A DNA stretch of 64,000 nt. Origin: Bacteroidota bacterium. Lineage in GTDB: Bacteria > Bacteroidota > Bacteroidia > Bacteroidales > VadinHA17. Under the pieces are notes generated by a model. It saw only the letters and a list, made by a program, of their open reading frames with translations, was not told where the DNA came from and did not search any database. Of the stretch, positions 1 through 9,690 are shown in pieces; within the stretch, counting starts at the first letter, position 1; each line of letters opens with the position of its first letter. The position numbers and the translations under genes were made by a program. Location of the stretch: positions 4,003-68,002 of the forward strand of contig JAZDMU010000048.1 in NCBI GenBank assembly GCA_043800695.1. The letters run 5' to 3'.

Positions 1-1521
1 CCTCAGAAGATTGACCAGGTTAAGCTGAACCGGATTGACGATATGAGTGGTATATGCGCTTCCGTTCCAGGTATACCCGAATGTTGCATTTGCCATGGTC
101 CTGGCATATGTGGGCATATCCTGGTAGTTATAGGCGGCAAGCAGGGTGGTAGTGGGATTGTATTTTTTTACAAAGTTCTCCTTGTCAAGAAAAGGCAGCA
201 GAAACTTGGGGAACCTCAGGCTTGTTTCAACACCGTACTCCTGTACGCTTCGCAGAGTATCCTGCTGCGACAGTGCTTCGTAGGCCCCTTTGAGCTTTAA
301 GTTGAATAATTCAGCCCCCCGGAAAAGGTTCTTGTTCTGGTATATCAGGTTAAGCGCACCTCCAAGGTATCCTGCCGTGTTTGTACCTTCAAGCTCAACC
401 TTATACGATTGTTTTGCAAGGGGAGTAAGCTGTATGGTGCAGTCAAGGCTCTTCTCATCTGATTCCGGGAATTCGGGATCTGCGACTTCACTGTAAAAAA
501 TATTCACCAGCCTGAATGTCTTCAGTCCAAGAAGATGCGACTGCGTCCGTTCGGTATTCGTTACATTGAACAGGGATCCGGGTTTCAGATAGAGCGACTG
601 GATTATCAGGTCGTTCTTTAACGGGGGCTTTTCCCGTGATGTTATAAAATTATAGTCCCGGTAGTAAATAGTATCGAGACTTTCAATAAATGAAGTTCCG
701 CCTTCCAGTGCGTCCTTTGGAACAAAATCAGGATATATGTACACATTTCTCACCCTGTACATCGAATGGGGAACAGCAATGATCCTGTTATACGGATCCA
801 CGGCTTGTAACTTCTTCACAACGTAATATACATCGACCTGCCTGTTGCCAACCGTACTGTCGACGTTGAAGTAGATATGCTCGCCTGAAAAACCGTAGAA
901 TCCCATGTCCTTGACATATCTTTCAAACCTCGACCTCTCCGCCTGAAGTACATCAACATCATAAGGCTTCCCCCTTTCTATCATGCAGTCGACCGAGTCG
1001 AAATAAAACAATGTTCTAAGTGATGTATCGGCAATCTCGTACCGAAGGTTACGGATGGTATAGGGAGTATTAAGGTCAACATTGAAATAGACTTTTGATT
1101 TACGGTTTGCTGTCTCAATGGTATCCACCACCTGGCTGTCGAAATAACCTTTTGATGAGAGGTACGACCTGATCTGTTCTGTTGATTTTGCCGTGGCGTA
1201 AGGGTCAAATATGACAGGCTCCTCGCCGATCTCCCTGAGCCACCCGTGAGGCCATCTCTTTTTACTGATATTGGAGAGGTTGTACAGCCCGAGGTGAAAT
1301 CTAACACCGAAGATCCTTTTGTTGGGCCGCTGCTTCAGGTAGGGCATAAGCTCTGATCTTTCGATCCCGTCACGGCTCACTGAAACATGTGTCTCGTCAA
1401 GTAAAGTATCGTCATTCGGAACATATTTTGTTGGATTACATGACGATAACAGAAGCAAAAAGAACAGAGAAAAGAGATAATATCCCGGGAAAGAATTTTT
1501 ATTTGATATATTTTTTTCCAA
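1..1521 (-). CDS. BamA/TamA-family outer-membrane protein in lipoprotein form (TamL-like); 3' end lies beyond the window
   Basis: Open minus-strand frame running off the left edge; it is not in the ORF track because it has no stop in the window. Translation includes ...IRSYLSSKGYFDSQVVDTIETANRKSKVYFNVDLNTPYTIRNLRYEI... (POTRA-like), then ...YKVELEGTNTAGYLGGALNLIYQNKNLFRGAELF... (barrel-like). N-terminus ...GYYLFSLFFLLLLSSC is a lipobox. No in-frame ATG; candidate starts are TTG at 1521, TTG at 1533 or GTG at 1542. Confidence 0.7.
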   Translation of the reverse strand, partial: MEKNISNKNSFPGYYLFSLFFLLLLSSCNPTKYVPNDDTLLDETHVSVSRDGIERSELMPYLKQRPNKRIFGVRFHLGLYNLSNISKKRWPHGWLREIGEEPVIFDPYATAKSTEQIRSYLSSKGYFDSQVVDTIETANRKSKVYFNVDLNTPYTIRNLRYEIADTSLRTLFYFDSVDCMIERGKPYDVDVLQAERSRFERYVKDMGFYGFSGEHIYFNVDSTVGNRQVDVYYVVKKLQAVDPYNRIIAVPHSMYRVRNVYIYPDFVPKDALEGGTSFIESLDTIYYRDYNFITSREKPPLKNDLIIQSLYLKPGSLFNVTNTERTQSHLLGLKTFRLVNIFYSEVADPEFPESDEKSLDCTIQLTPLAKQSYKVELEGTNTAGYLGGALNLIYQNKNLFRGAELFNLKLKGAYEALSQQDTLRSVQEYGVETSLRFPKFLLPFLDKENFVKKYNPTTTLLAAYNYQDMPTYARTMANATFGYTWNGSAYTTHIVNPVQLNLVNLLR

Positions 1522-1564
1522 ATTTTGCGGCAAAGAAGTCACACAAATATATCAAAAATTTGCA

Positions 1565-1599
1565 CTGGTTCCTGGTTCCTGGTTCCTGGTTTTGGTTTT
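1565..1599. repeat. Heptamer tandem array: CTGGTTC x3, then CTGGTTT, TGGTTTT
   Basis: Read directly from the sequence. On the minus strand it reads AAAACCA AAACCAG GAACCAG GAACCAG GAACCAG, 22-43 nt upstream of the TamL-like start candidates. Confidence 0.9.
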
Positions 1600-1610
1600 A
1601 GTATATTTGT

Positions 1611-1648
1611 AACTAGCAACAAGCAACTAGCAACAAGCAACTAGCAAC
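1611..1648. repeat. Heptamer tandem array, alternating AACTAGC/AACAAGC, 5.4 units
   Basis: Read directly. C/A-rich on the plus strand, ending 20 nt upstream of the trmH-like ATG at 1669. It is the reverse-complement word family of the GTTGCTG/GTTACTG arrays at 45717, 46933 and 48206. Confidence 0.9.
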
Positions 1649-1668
1649 ATTTAAAATCACCTGCCAGA

Positions 1669-2448
1669 ATGTTAAGCAAAACCAAAACCAGCTTCATCAT
1701 CTCCCTTCAAAAGAAAAAGACACGTGAAGAAGAGCGGTTATATGTGATTGAGGGCGACAAGATGGTAAAAGAATTCCTTGCGGCGAGGATGCCTGTCAGG
1801 ATCCTTATAGCCAAGCCTGAGTTCCTGAACTCCCTGCCGCTTGTTAAAAAGCAGGGAGTTGCGGAGATCATTCCTGCCAGCTATGAAGAGCTTAAGAGGA
1901 TGAGCTCGCTAAAGACACCACATAATGCCATGGCAGTGGTTGAAATGGCAGAAGTCAAAATTGACACCGGCAAGCTGGCTGGTGAATTATCGCTGGCGCT
2001 CGATGGTGTACAGGATCCGGGCAACCTGGGTACTATCATCAGGGCTTCCGCATGGTTCGGGGTCAGGAACATTTACTGCTCAAAAGATTGTGTTGATATA
2101 TATAATCCCAAAGTGATCCAGGCAAGCATGGGAGCTATTCTGCATATAAACGCCTTCTATTCAGATCTTCGAGAACTTCTGGAATCAGCTGCTGAAAAGA
2201 AGGCCAGGATCTTCGGTACCCTTCTCGAGGGAGAATCACTCTATTCCCATAAGCTGAGCAACAACGGTATTATCCTCCTTGGAAATGAATCAAAGGGGAT
2301 CTCGCAAGAGCTGATACCATATATTACCGACAGGATCATGATCCCGAAAAGGACTGATGCAAATGCAGGTATTGATTCGCTGAATGTCGGCATGGCTGCA
2401 TCGGTAATACTTTCCGAATTCACAAGGGTCAGAGGCCGTCAAGGGTGA
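1669..2448 (+). CDS. TrmH/SpoU-family RNA 2'-O-methyltransferase
   Basis: 259 aa with motifs LDGVQDPGNLGTIIRASAWFG, LLGNESKGIS and SLNVGMAASVILSE, typical of the SpoU methylase fold, plus an N-terminal substrate-binding extension. Confidence 0.85.
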   Translation: MLSKTKTSFIISLQKKKTREEERLYVIEGDKMVKEFLAARMPVRILIAKPEFLNSLPLVKKQGVAEIIPASYEELKRMSSLKTPHNAMAVVEMAEVKIDTGKLAGELSLALDGVQDPGNLGTIIRASAWFGVRNIYCSKDCVDIYNPKVIQASMGAILHINAFYSDLRELLESAAEKKARIFGTLLEGESLYSHKLSNNGIILLGNESKGISQELIPYITDRIMIPKRTDANAGIDSLNVGMAASVILSEFTRVRGRQG

Positions 2449-4013
2449 GATATTGACACGGCCCTCTTTAGTGCAATTGCTTCTGCGGCCTTTATGCCGT
2501 CTACTGCCGATGATACAATTCCTCCGGCATAGCCCGATCCCTCGCCGCATGGATAAAGCCCTGAGATCTCAATATGCTCCATTGACTCACTGTTTCGCAG
2601 AATCCTTACCGGTGAAGAGGTACGTGATTCAACACCAAGTACAACTGCCTCATTTGTAAGATATCCCTTCATTGATGATCCGGCGAGGCGTAATCCTTCC
2701 CTGAGCCTTGATCCAAGCGATGAAGAGAGCCATTCATGCAAGGGTGAAGTAACAACACCGGGGAAGTATGAGACCTGGGGCAAAGATGATGATGCTCTGC
2801 CGGAAACGAAGTCTGACAGCCTCTGTGCAGGTGCACTCTGGGTCTGTCCTCCGTTGAGCCAGGCTTCACGTTCAAGCTCCTTCTGGAATTCAAGTCCTGC
2901 AAGCTCTCCGTATTTGCTGAATTCAGCCAGATCTTCAGGCCTGATCTCAACAACCACTCCCGAGTTTGCCCACCTTGAGTTGCGCTGCGACGGCGACATG
3001 CCGTTTACAACAACCTCCTCCTGCGAGGTGGCCGACGGGACAATGAATCCTCCGGGGCACATGCAGAACGAATAGACACCTCTTCCGCTTACCTGCTTCG
3101 CGAAACTATATGATGCTGCCGGCAGGAACTCACCCCGCGGCTGGTCATGGTACTGCATCCTGTCGATAAGCTCCTGGGGATGCTCAACCCTCACTCCCAT
3201 AGCGAAGGCTTTCGGCTCCATTTTTACTCCCCTCCTCCTGCAAATCTCTGTTATTTCTCTTGCCGAATGGCCTGAAGCAAGAATTATATTGCCGGCTATG
3301 AATTTTTCATTTCCGGAGACTACGACTCCCTTAATGATATTGCCTTCAATAATGAGGTCGGTCACTCTTTTTTCCAGATAGAAAAGCCCGCCGGCATCTA
3401 TTATTGATTTTCTGATATTCTGGATAATTCCCGGCAGTTTATCGGTACCGAGATGAGGATGAGCCTCATACATTATGCCACTGTTTGCTCCATGGAGGCA
3501 CAGCAGTTCAAGAACCCTGGAGTTGTCACCCCTCTTTTTTGATCGCGTGTAGAGCTTGCCGTCCGAATAGGTACCAGCACCTCCTTCTCCAAAACAGTAA
3601 TTGCTGTCGGGATCAACTTTATGTTCCCTGCTGATCCTGGCAATATCTTTTTTCCTTGCTGAGACATCCCTTCCCCTCTCAAATATCACCGGTCTCATTC
3701 CGAGCTCTATCAGCCTCAGGGCAGCAAACAATCCTGCAGGTCCGGCACCCACAATAATGATTTCTTGCCGGCAGGATACGTTATTTGAATGGAATGGTTC
3801 CGGCTCAGTAGCAGGCGGTTCACCGATGGTAAAAATCTCAACAGTAAGGTTGATTTTAATGTTTCTCTGCCTCGCATCAACCGAACGTTTTACAATCCTT
3901 AACTCGCTGATTGAAGAAGAGGGGATATTCAGCGCTGCTGCTGCATATCTCCGGATGGTTGTTTCACCGGCTGCCTCTTCAGGCTTAAGAACCAGATTGA
4001 CCAGCCCGGGCAT
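2439..4013 (-). CDS. FAD-dependent oxidoreductase (COG2509-like)
   Basis: 524 aa. Rossmann dinucleotide motif IIIVGAGPAGLFAALRL after a roughly 85-aa N-terminal domain. C-terminal YPCGEGSGYAGGIVSSAVDG is typical of this uncharacterised FAD dehydrogenase family. Confidence 0.75.
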   Translation of the reverse strand: MPGLVNLVLKPEEAAGETTIRRYAAAALNIPSSSISELRIVKRSVDARQRNIKINLTVEIFTIGEPPATEPEPFHSNNVSCRQEIIIVGAGPAGLFAALRLIELGMRPVIFERGRDVSARKKDIARISREHKVDPDSNYCFGEGGAGTYSDGKLYTRSKKRGDNSRVLELLCLHGANSGIMYEAHPHLGTDKLPGIIQNIRKSIIDAGGLFYLEKRVTDLIIEGNIIKGVVVSGNEKFIAGNIILASGHSAREITEICRRRGVKMEPKAFAMGVRVEHPQELIDRMQYHDQPRGEFLPAASYSFAKQVSGRGVYSFCMCPGGFIVPSATSQEEVVVNGMSPSQRNSRWANSGVVVEIRPEDLAEFSKYGELAGLEFQKELEREAWLNGGQTQSAPAQRLSDFVSGRASSSLPQVSYFPGVVTSPLHEWLSSSLGSRLREGLRLAGSSMKGYLTNEAVVLGVESRTSSPVRILRNSESMEHIEISGLYPCGEGSGYAGGIVSSAVDGIKAAEAIALKRAVSISHP

Positions 4014-4015
4014 TC

Positions 4016-4783
4016 TTATTCAAAATGAAATGCAAGAACCCATATCTGTGACCTCATTTTCTCAATAGCATCCCGATACTGCTGGTAACCGGCAACCTTA
4101 TCGTCAACAATCACGTTTCTGATGCCGTTCGACATTTTCAGCTCTACCGAAAGCTTGAAATACATGAGGTAAAAATCTAGTCCGGCGCCTGCCTCATAAT
4201 AAAGGTCAGGCCTCTTGATCCTGATATATACCTGCCTGTCCTCGTCAAACTCTTTTCTTCCTGCCAGGTCGTAGCGATAATTGAGCCCTGTTATAAAGTA
4301 AGGACGGACATTATTGAGCCTGCTGCCCTTGTATTTAAGAAGCAGGGGAAACTCAAGGAAAGATGATTCGAGTCTTTGCTGCTCATTGTAAAGTAGCTGG
4401 TTCTTGTAGTATCTTACATTTCTCTGGCCGAATGAAACACCGGGAAGAAACCTGATGTCAATGTATTTTGAGGGATGATAGTTTGTAACGATCTGGATAT
4501 TGATGCCCGGGTTAAGCTTTGTGACTTCAGGATAGAGCGAATCTGTTTCCAGGTACGCCTGTGAAGGAGTAATATTGAAATCCATTGTATTTAAGCCAAG
4601 GCTGAAACCGAAGTGAAACAGCTTCTCGTCGTACCATGATTTATTCATGGGTTTTTCTTTCTGTCCATACAAATTGTAAGGCAGAAGCAGAAACATCAGC
4701 AATATGGCAATATTGAGAATCAGGTTCTTCAGGCTTCCAGGTTTTTTCAAAGGTACAAGATAGTAAACTGATTTAAAATCCAA
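4016..4783 (-). CDS. PorT-family outer-membrane beta-barrel protein (T9SS-associated family)
   Basis: 255 aa with a signal or hydrophobic N-terminus. HFGFSLGLNTMDFNI motif, alternating beta-strand pattern, C-terminal aromatic residue (..AFHFE). Sits immediately downstream of ubiE, a synteny I recall as common in Bacteroidota. Confidence 0.6.
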   Translation of the reverse strand: MDFKSVYYLVPLKKPGSLKNLILNIAILLMFLLLPYNLYGQKEKPMNKSWYDEKLFHFGFSLGLNTMDFNITPSQAYLETDSLYPEVTKLNPGINIQIVTNYHPSKYIDIRFLPGVSFGQRNVRYYKNQLLYNEQQRLESSFLEFPLLLKYKGSRLNNVRPYFITGLNYRYDLAGRKEFDEDRQVYIRIKRPDLYYEAGAGLDFYLMYFKLSVELKMSNGIRNVIVDDKVAGYQQYRDAIEKMRSQIWVLAFHFE

Positions 4784-5506
4784 TTATTGCTTTGCCTGCT
4801 TGAAGCCTGTATATATGCTGGCTATCCCTCCTGTCAGCTTCCTGCATCTTACATTGTCAAAACCAGTAATTTTCAGCAAATCCAGAAATTGCTCATAATC
4901 AGGAAACTGCATAACAGAATCAGGCAGATATCTGTAGGCGTTCCTGTTGCCTGAAAAGATCCTTCCGATCAGCGGGAGCAGCATCCTGAAGTAGAAGAGG
5001 TACAGTTGTCTGAACGGAAAATGCCGGGGCTTTGAGAATTCCAGTACCATTATCAGTCCATTTTCGTCAAGCACACGGTTCATTTCGGAGAGGCCTTTAA
5101 GCCTGTCGGAAAAATTCCTTACACCGAAAGCCACCATAGCAACATCAAAACTTCCGGCACTGAAAGGAATTTTTTCCGATCCGGCCAGAACAAGATCGAT
5201 CCTCCCTTCGAGTCCCTTCTTTCTAATTTTCTGACGTCCCGACTCAAGCATTTTAGCGGAGATATCTATCCCGGTAATATGCCTGGGATCCAGTCTCATT
5301 GCCGCAATAGCCAGGTCGCAGGTTCCGGTCGCAACATCAAGAATCCTTGTGTTTTTGTGTGTTTCAGAGATAACCCTGACAGCCTGCCTCCTCCACGAGC
5401 GATCGACGCCGAACGACAGGAGGTGATTGAGGAAATCATAACGGGGTGCGATGTCGTCGAACATCGAACCGACATCAGAATATGACTTTTGCGGATTTGT
5501 GCCCAT
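4784..5506 (-). CDS. ubiE: Demethylmenaquinone / ubiquinone-menaquinone C-methyltransferase
   Basis: 240 aa. FDDIAPRYDFLNHLLSFGVDRSWRR and ILDVATGTCDLA (SAM motif I) are hallmark UbiE/MenG sequences. Confidence 0.92.
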   Translation of the reverse strand: MGTNPQKSYSDVGSMFDDIAPRYDFLNHLLSFGVDRSWRRQAVRVISETHKNTRILDVATGTCDLAIAAMRLDPRHITGIDISAKMLESGRQKIRKKGLEGRIDLVLAGSEKIPFSAGSFDVAMVAFGVRNFSDRLKGLSEMNRVLDENGLIMVLEFSKPRHFPFRQLYLFYFRMLLPLIGRIFSGNRNAYRYLPDSVMQFPDYEQFLDLLKITGFDNVRCRKLTGGIASIYTGFKQAKQ

Positions 5507-5570
5507 GCAATGTTAAACCGCAAAGATTTAAATAATTTATATTTTTACAGAACAATTTTAAAAATAATCC

Positions 5571-6332
5571 ATGAGCAAAATTATAATGATAACCGGCGCA
5601 ACGGCGGGTTTTGGCCGGGCAACAGCTAAGATATTCGCAAAGAACGGGTATGATGTGATCATTACGGGCAGGAGAAAGGAGCGTCTGGCAGCTCTTGAAA
5701 AGGAACTTGCGCAATATAATATAAAGGTATTGTCTCTGAATTTTGATGTCAGGAACAGTGATGAGGTTGCCTCGGCTGTCGGCAGCATGCATGAAGAATG
5801 GAAGCAGATAGATATTCTTGTCAATAATGCCGGACTCGCTGTCGGACTTGAAAAGATCGATGCCGGCATCCTCGACGACTGGAACAGGATGGTTGATACC
5901 AACATAAAAGGACTGCTCTATGTATCCAGGGCAGTATCACCTCTAATGGTCGCACGAGGGAAAGGACACATTTTCAATATCGGTTCGATAGCAGGGAAGG
6001 CTGCCTATGAGGGCGGTAATGTTTACTGTGCCACCAAATCGGCTGTTGATTCCCTTACAAGATCGATGAGGATAGATCTTCTGAAGCACAATATAAGGGT
6101 TACACAGATTGCGCCCGGAATGGCTGAGACGGAATTCTCCCTGGTCCGCTTCAAAGGGAATGAGGAAAAAGCAAAGGCAATATATAAAGGTGTTGATGCA
6201 CTTACTGCGGATGATATCGCTGAAGTCATCTGGTTCTGTGCATCCCGTCCCGGCCATGTCTGCATCAACGACCTGGTGATTACTCCGACGCAGCAGGCTG
6301 ATGTATTATTCACAAACAGAAAGGATCACTGA
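5571..6332 (+). CDS. SDR-family NAD(P)-dependent oxidoreductase (YdfG-like)
   Basis: 253 aa. TGATAGFG cofactor motif, NNAG, and catalytic YxxxK (YCATK). Confidence 0.85.
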   Translation: MSKIIMITGATAGFGRATAKIFAKNGYDVIITGRRKERLAALEKELAQYNIKVLSLNFDVRNSDEVASAVGSMHEEWKQIDILVNNAGLAVGLEKIDAGILDDWNRMVDTNIKGLLYVSRAVSPLMVARGKGHIFNIGSIAGKAAYEGGNVYCATKSAVDSLTRSMRIDLLKHNIRVTQIAPGMAETEFSLVRFKGNEEKAKAIYKGVDALTADDIAEVIWFCASRPGHVCINDLVITPTQQADVLFTNRKDH

Positions 6333-7117
6333 TTCATAAAACCTTGTTTATTAAGGACATCCAACAGGGTTTTTGAAAAATGGATATTGTCGGCTTTTTT
6401 ATACCTGACATCTGTAAATACCTGGGCGAGGGTCTCTTTCTTATTTTCAGCAACAAACTGTTTCGAATCAGTCCTGCTCTCCTTTTCTGAATAATACCTG
6501 GTTATCTCCTCTCCACTATAATCAGAATAAACCTCATTGTGCAATATCGCTTCGAGTGGAAGCCTGTCGACCTGATCAGGTTTTTCTTCAGGCCAGCCAG
6601 CTGTTACGGTCGTTACAGGAACAACCCCGGAAGGCAGTCTCAGGGTTTCAATAATTTTGTCGGCTGTATATGTTGTTGTACCAAGGTAACATATACCAAG
6701 TCCTTCTGCTTCAGCCGCTATGCAAAAGGTCTGGGCAACCAGCAGGGCATCAATGGCAGCGGTGAAAAATGACAGGAAGTTGTCGTATCCCGGGTCAGCA
6801 TTCCGCTGACGGCACCACTTGCTGAACCTGTTAAAATCGGCGCAGAAAGTAAGGAGAACAGGTGCCTCAGTCACCATCTTCTGGTTGAAATGACAAGGGG
6901 CAAGCTCTCGCTTCATAGCCGGATCTCTTGTAATAATGATGCTGTAAACCTGCATGTTCCCTGTTGTTGAGGCCCGGCAGGTCATACTTAAAAGATCATT
7001 TAGGAGCTTTTCATCAACAGGCGCAGAGCTGTATTTGCGAATGGTCCGCCGGTTTAAAAGGGTTGCGGAAATCTTATTCATGATTGGAAACTTTTTAATA
7101 TCCCGTAAAGGAAACAA
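6326..7117 (-). CDS. Nitroreductase-family NAD(P)H-flavin oxidoreductase (NfsA-like)
   Basis: 263 aa. N-terminal [15 protein letters not shown] motif plus the length and C-terminal extension typical of the NfsA group. Confidence 0.75.
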   Translation of the reverse strand: MFPLRDIKKFPIMNKISATLLNRRTIRKYSSAPVDEKLLNDLLSMTCRASTTGNMQVYSIIITRDPAMKRELAPCHFNQKMVTEAPVLLTFCADFNRFSKWCRQRNADPGYDNFLSFFTAAIDALLVAQTFCIAAEAEGLGICYLGTTTYTADKIIETLRLPSGVVPVTTVTAGWPEEKPDQVDRLPLEAILHNEVYSDYSGEEITRYYSEKESRTDSKQFVAENKKETLAQVFTDVRYKKADNIHFSKTLLDVLNKQGFMNQ

Positions 7118-7180
7118 TTTCCGACAGAACCTGGAGAGAGGTTTAAAAGGATTTTCTATCTTAGTGAAAACTTATTCATC

Positions 7181-8173
7181 ATGGGACGTTATGTAACATT
7201 ATTCACCGGTCAGTGGGCTGACCTGCCTCTTGAGGAGGTGTGCCGGAAAGCAAAGTCGTTCGGATATGACGGACTTGAACTTGCATGCTGGGGTGATCAT
7301 TTTGAGGTTAATATAGCGAATGACGCCTACTGCAGGGCAAAGCGGAAACTGCTTGACAAATACGGGTTGAAGGTGTTTGCGATTTCCAGCCATCTTGTGG
7401 GGCAGGCAGTTGCAGACAGGATCGACGAGCGTCACAAAAGCATACTCCCTGCATATGTGTGGGGTGACGGCGATCCTGAAGGAGTAAGAAAAAGAGCCGC
7501 GGAAGAGATGATAAAAACCGGTGAAGCTGCAAAGCGTCTTGGCGTTTCTGTTGTCAACGGATTCACGGGCAGCCCGATCTGGCACCTGGTTTATTCCTTT
7601 CCTCCTGTTCCATCGAAAATGATTGAGGACGGATACAGGGAGTTCGCCAGAAGATGGAAGCCAATACTTGATGCTTACAAGAAACTGGGAATAAGGTTCG
7701 GACTTGAAGTGCATCCTACAGAAATAGCTTTCGATATATTTTCTGCAGGTAAAGCCCTGAAAGCCCTGAACAATCATCCGTCCTTCGGATTCAACTACGA
7801 TCCATCACACTTCGGATACCAGGGAGTTGACTATGTAGGGTTCATCCACACTTTTGCCGACAGGATATTCCACGTGCACATGAAGGACTCCGGGTGGTCA
7901 GACATCCCGGTTGAGGCCGGCGTTTTCGGAGGACACACCGAGTTCGGTACAAAAGGTCGTTACTGGGATTTCAGGAGCCCGGGGCGCGGTAATATAAACT
8001 TTGAGGAAATTATCCGGGCGTTAAACCGGATCGGTTATAAGGGTCCTCTATCGGTTGAATGGGAAGATAGCGGAATGGACCGTGAACATGGGGCCAGGGA
8101 GGCATGCGATTTTGTAAAAGCTGTCGATTTTGCTCCGTCCGACATTGCGTTTGATTCAGCATTCGAAAAATAG
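7181..8173 (+). CDS. Sugar phosphate isomerase/epimerase (xylose-isomerase-like TIM barrel)
   Basis: 330 aa. Pattern [13 protein letters not shown] ... GLEVHP ... HVHMKD ... SVEWED is typical of AP-endonuclease-2/xylose-isomerase-like TIM barrels. Confidence 0.8.
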   Translation: MGRYVTLFTGQWADLPLEEVCRKAKSFGYDGLELACWGDHFEVNIANDAYCRAKRKLLDKYGLKVFAISSHLVGQAVADRIDERHKSILPAYVWGDGDPEGVRKRAAEEMIKTGEAAKRLGVSVVNGFTGSPIWHLVYSFPPVPSKMIEDGYREFARRWKPILDAYKKLGIRFGLEVHPTEIAFDIFSAGKALKALNNHPSFGFNYDPSHFGYQGVDYVGFIHTFADRIFHVHMKDSGWSDIPVEAGVFGGHTEFGTKGRYWDFRSPGRGNINFEEIIRALNRIGYKGPLSVEWEDSGMDREHGAREACDFVKAVDFAPSDIAFDSAFEK

Positions 8174-8180
8174 AAACCAT

Positions 8181-9314
8181 ATGAAAAAAATTAAACTCGG
8201 AATGATCGGCGGCGGTATTGGAGCATTCATTGGTGATGCTCACCGGCGTGCTTCGCGCATCTGCAATGAATTTGAACTTGTTGGCGGTGTTTTTGATGCT
8301 GACTATGCCAGAAGCAAGGAATTTGCAATCAGGGAAGGCATAAACCTTAACCGCTGTTATAACAGTGTTGATTCTCTTATCAAAGGGGAACTTGCATTAC
8401 CAGCAAAAGAGAGAATGGAGGTTGTGGCAATTGTTACACCAAATTCTCTCCACTTCCCTTTTGCAAAAAAATTCCTGAATAACGGGTTTCATCTTATCTG
8501 TGAAAAACCCATGACCATCACGGTTAAGGAGGCACTTGACCTGGAAAAGCTGGTGGCAAAAAGCAAGCTTACTTTTGCCCTTACACACACCTACACAGGC
8601 TACCCGATGATAAGGCAGATGAGAGACATGTTAGCAAAAGGCACTCTCGGAACTATTCAGCGTATTGACGCTCAGTACTACCAGGGGTGGATCAATGCCA
8701 TCATACACGGTACCGGCAGCCGCATCACAGGAGTATGGAGGCTCGATCCGAAATATGCCGGCGCAAGCAGCTGTATGGGAGATATAGGGATACATGCCTT
8801 CAACCTTATTGAATATACTACCGGATTAGAAATCAAAGAGGTTTTATCGGATCTGAACCCGGTCAAGGAAGGCGTGAAACTCGATCTTGACGGAACGGTG
8901 CTTCTGAGGTTCAGCAAGAAGTTGAAAGGAGTGATAAGATCAAGCCAGGTGTGCGCCGGGGAGGAGAACAATCTTACGATAGCTGTATATGGATCAAAAG
9001 GCAGTCTTAAATGGGGACAGGAGAATCCGAATTACCTGTACCTGATAAGCGACTCGGAGCCGATGAAGGTGCTGAAACCGGCTCACGGATACAACGGCAG
9101 GATGGCGGAAGAGGGGCACACGATGCCGGCAGGACATCCGGAGGGGATCTACGAGGCGCTGGCCAACATATATAAAGGTGCGGCTAAATCAATAAGGAAG
9201 GAAAAATTCATTCCCGGAGAGTTTCCGACGGTTCATGACGGTGTACGCGGAATGAAATTCATCCACGCAGTCGTTAACTCGAATGCAAAGGGTAACGTCT
9301 GGATGAAAGTATAA
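8181..9314 (+). CDS. Gfo/Idh/MocA-family oxidoreductase (cytoplasmic, no signal peptide)
   Basis: The ORF track starts at 8130. The in-frame ATG at 8181 gives MKKIKLGMIGGGIGAFIG, the Rossmann N-terminus typical of the family; EKP motif (ICEKPM). A start at 8130 would overlap the upstream gene. Confidence 0.85.
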   Translation: MKKIKLGMIGGGIGAFIGDAHRRASRICNEFELVGGVFDADYARSKEFAIREGINLNRCYNSVDSLIKGELALPAKERMEVVAIVTPNSLHFPFAKKFLNNGFHLICEKPMTITVKEALDLEKLVAKSKLTFALTHTYTGYPMIRQMRDMLAKGTLGTIQRIDAQYYQGWINAIIHGTGSRITGVWRLDPKYAGASSCMGDIGIHAFNLIEYTTGLEIKEVLSDLNPVKEGVKLDLDGTVLLRFSKKLKGVIRSSQVCAGEENNLTIAVYGSKGSLKWGQENPNYLYLISDSEPMKVLKPAHGYNGRMAEEGHTMPAGHPEGIYEALANIYKGAAKSIRKEKFIPGEFPTVHDGVRGMKFIHAVVNSNAKGNVWMKV

Positions 9315-9315
9315 T

Positions 9316-9400
9316 GGCTCAACGGCACAAAGGCACAACGGCGCAACGGCGTAAAGAACGCAAAATTTCAGTATAACAAGACTTTGCGCCCATTGCGGTT
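9316..9400. repeat. Octamer-type array (RCAAMGGC units) with a partially complementary distal arm
   Basis: GGCTCAACGGCACAAAGGCACAACGGCGCAACGGCG at 9316..9351, with partner CTTTGCGCCCATTGCGGTT at 9382..9400. Lies between convergent genes. The same words occur inverted at 35121..35184. Confidence 0.8.
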
Positions 9401-9405
9401 AATTC

Positions 9406-9672
9406 TTATTTCTTTTTCTTCAGAAGAAAGAATAACACTCCGCCAACTACCACAACAGCCCCTGAGATTAATGCGATAAGCACTGCTGAGCTTTTCTCTT
9501 GCGCAGCCTCTGACTTCTCATCCTCAACGGCATAATAGAAAGTCGGTTTGGCATCAGTATCAATATTTACAGTATCCTTTTGGGGTTGCGGTTGCTCCTG
9601 TGCGAAAGCCATGGTCAGTCCGGTCAATAACATTGCTGCTGATAAGGAGAGAAACAAGATCGCTTTTTTCAT
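9406..9672 (-). CDS. Small secreted, C-terminally membrane-anchored protein (hypothetical)
   Basis: 88 aa. Signal peptide (..LTMAFA-QE), a roughly 45-aa acidic ectodomain, one C-terminal TM helix, then KKKK. Last gene of the operon, 18 nt after the GT-C gene. Confidence 0.55.
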   Translation of the reverse strand: MKKAILFLSLSAAMLLTGLTMAFAQEQPQPQKDTVNIDTDAKPTFYYAVEDEKSEAAQEKSSAVLIALISGAVVVVGGVLFFLLKKKK

Positions 9673-9690
9673 TCTTAAATAGTTTTATGA

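Noticed and set aside
1-1542. TamL-like gene has no in-frame ATG and is missing from the ORF track; considered as a pseudogene.
   Set aside because: The frame is open for more than 500 codons with a good lipoprotein signal. TTG and GTG starts are available. Its absence from the track is explained by the missing stop, because the gene runs off the window.
1565-1648. Single long hairpin formed by the two arrays in the divergent region, acting as one structural element.
   Set aside because: This is kept only as an alternative. No single transcript is expected to contain both arms in a divergent promoter region, and the orientation rule seen at five other arrays explains the arrangement more simply.
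8130-8180. Upstream extensions of several ORF-track models: 8130, 13669, 22998, 39878, 42335, 42852, 48701, 50091.
   Set aside because: Each extension overlaps the neighbouring gene or adds a non-family N-terminus. The internal ATGs give canonical N-termini (Rossmann motif, lipobox, DxD-proximal start and so on).
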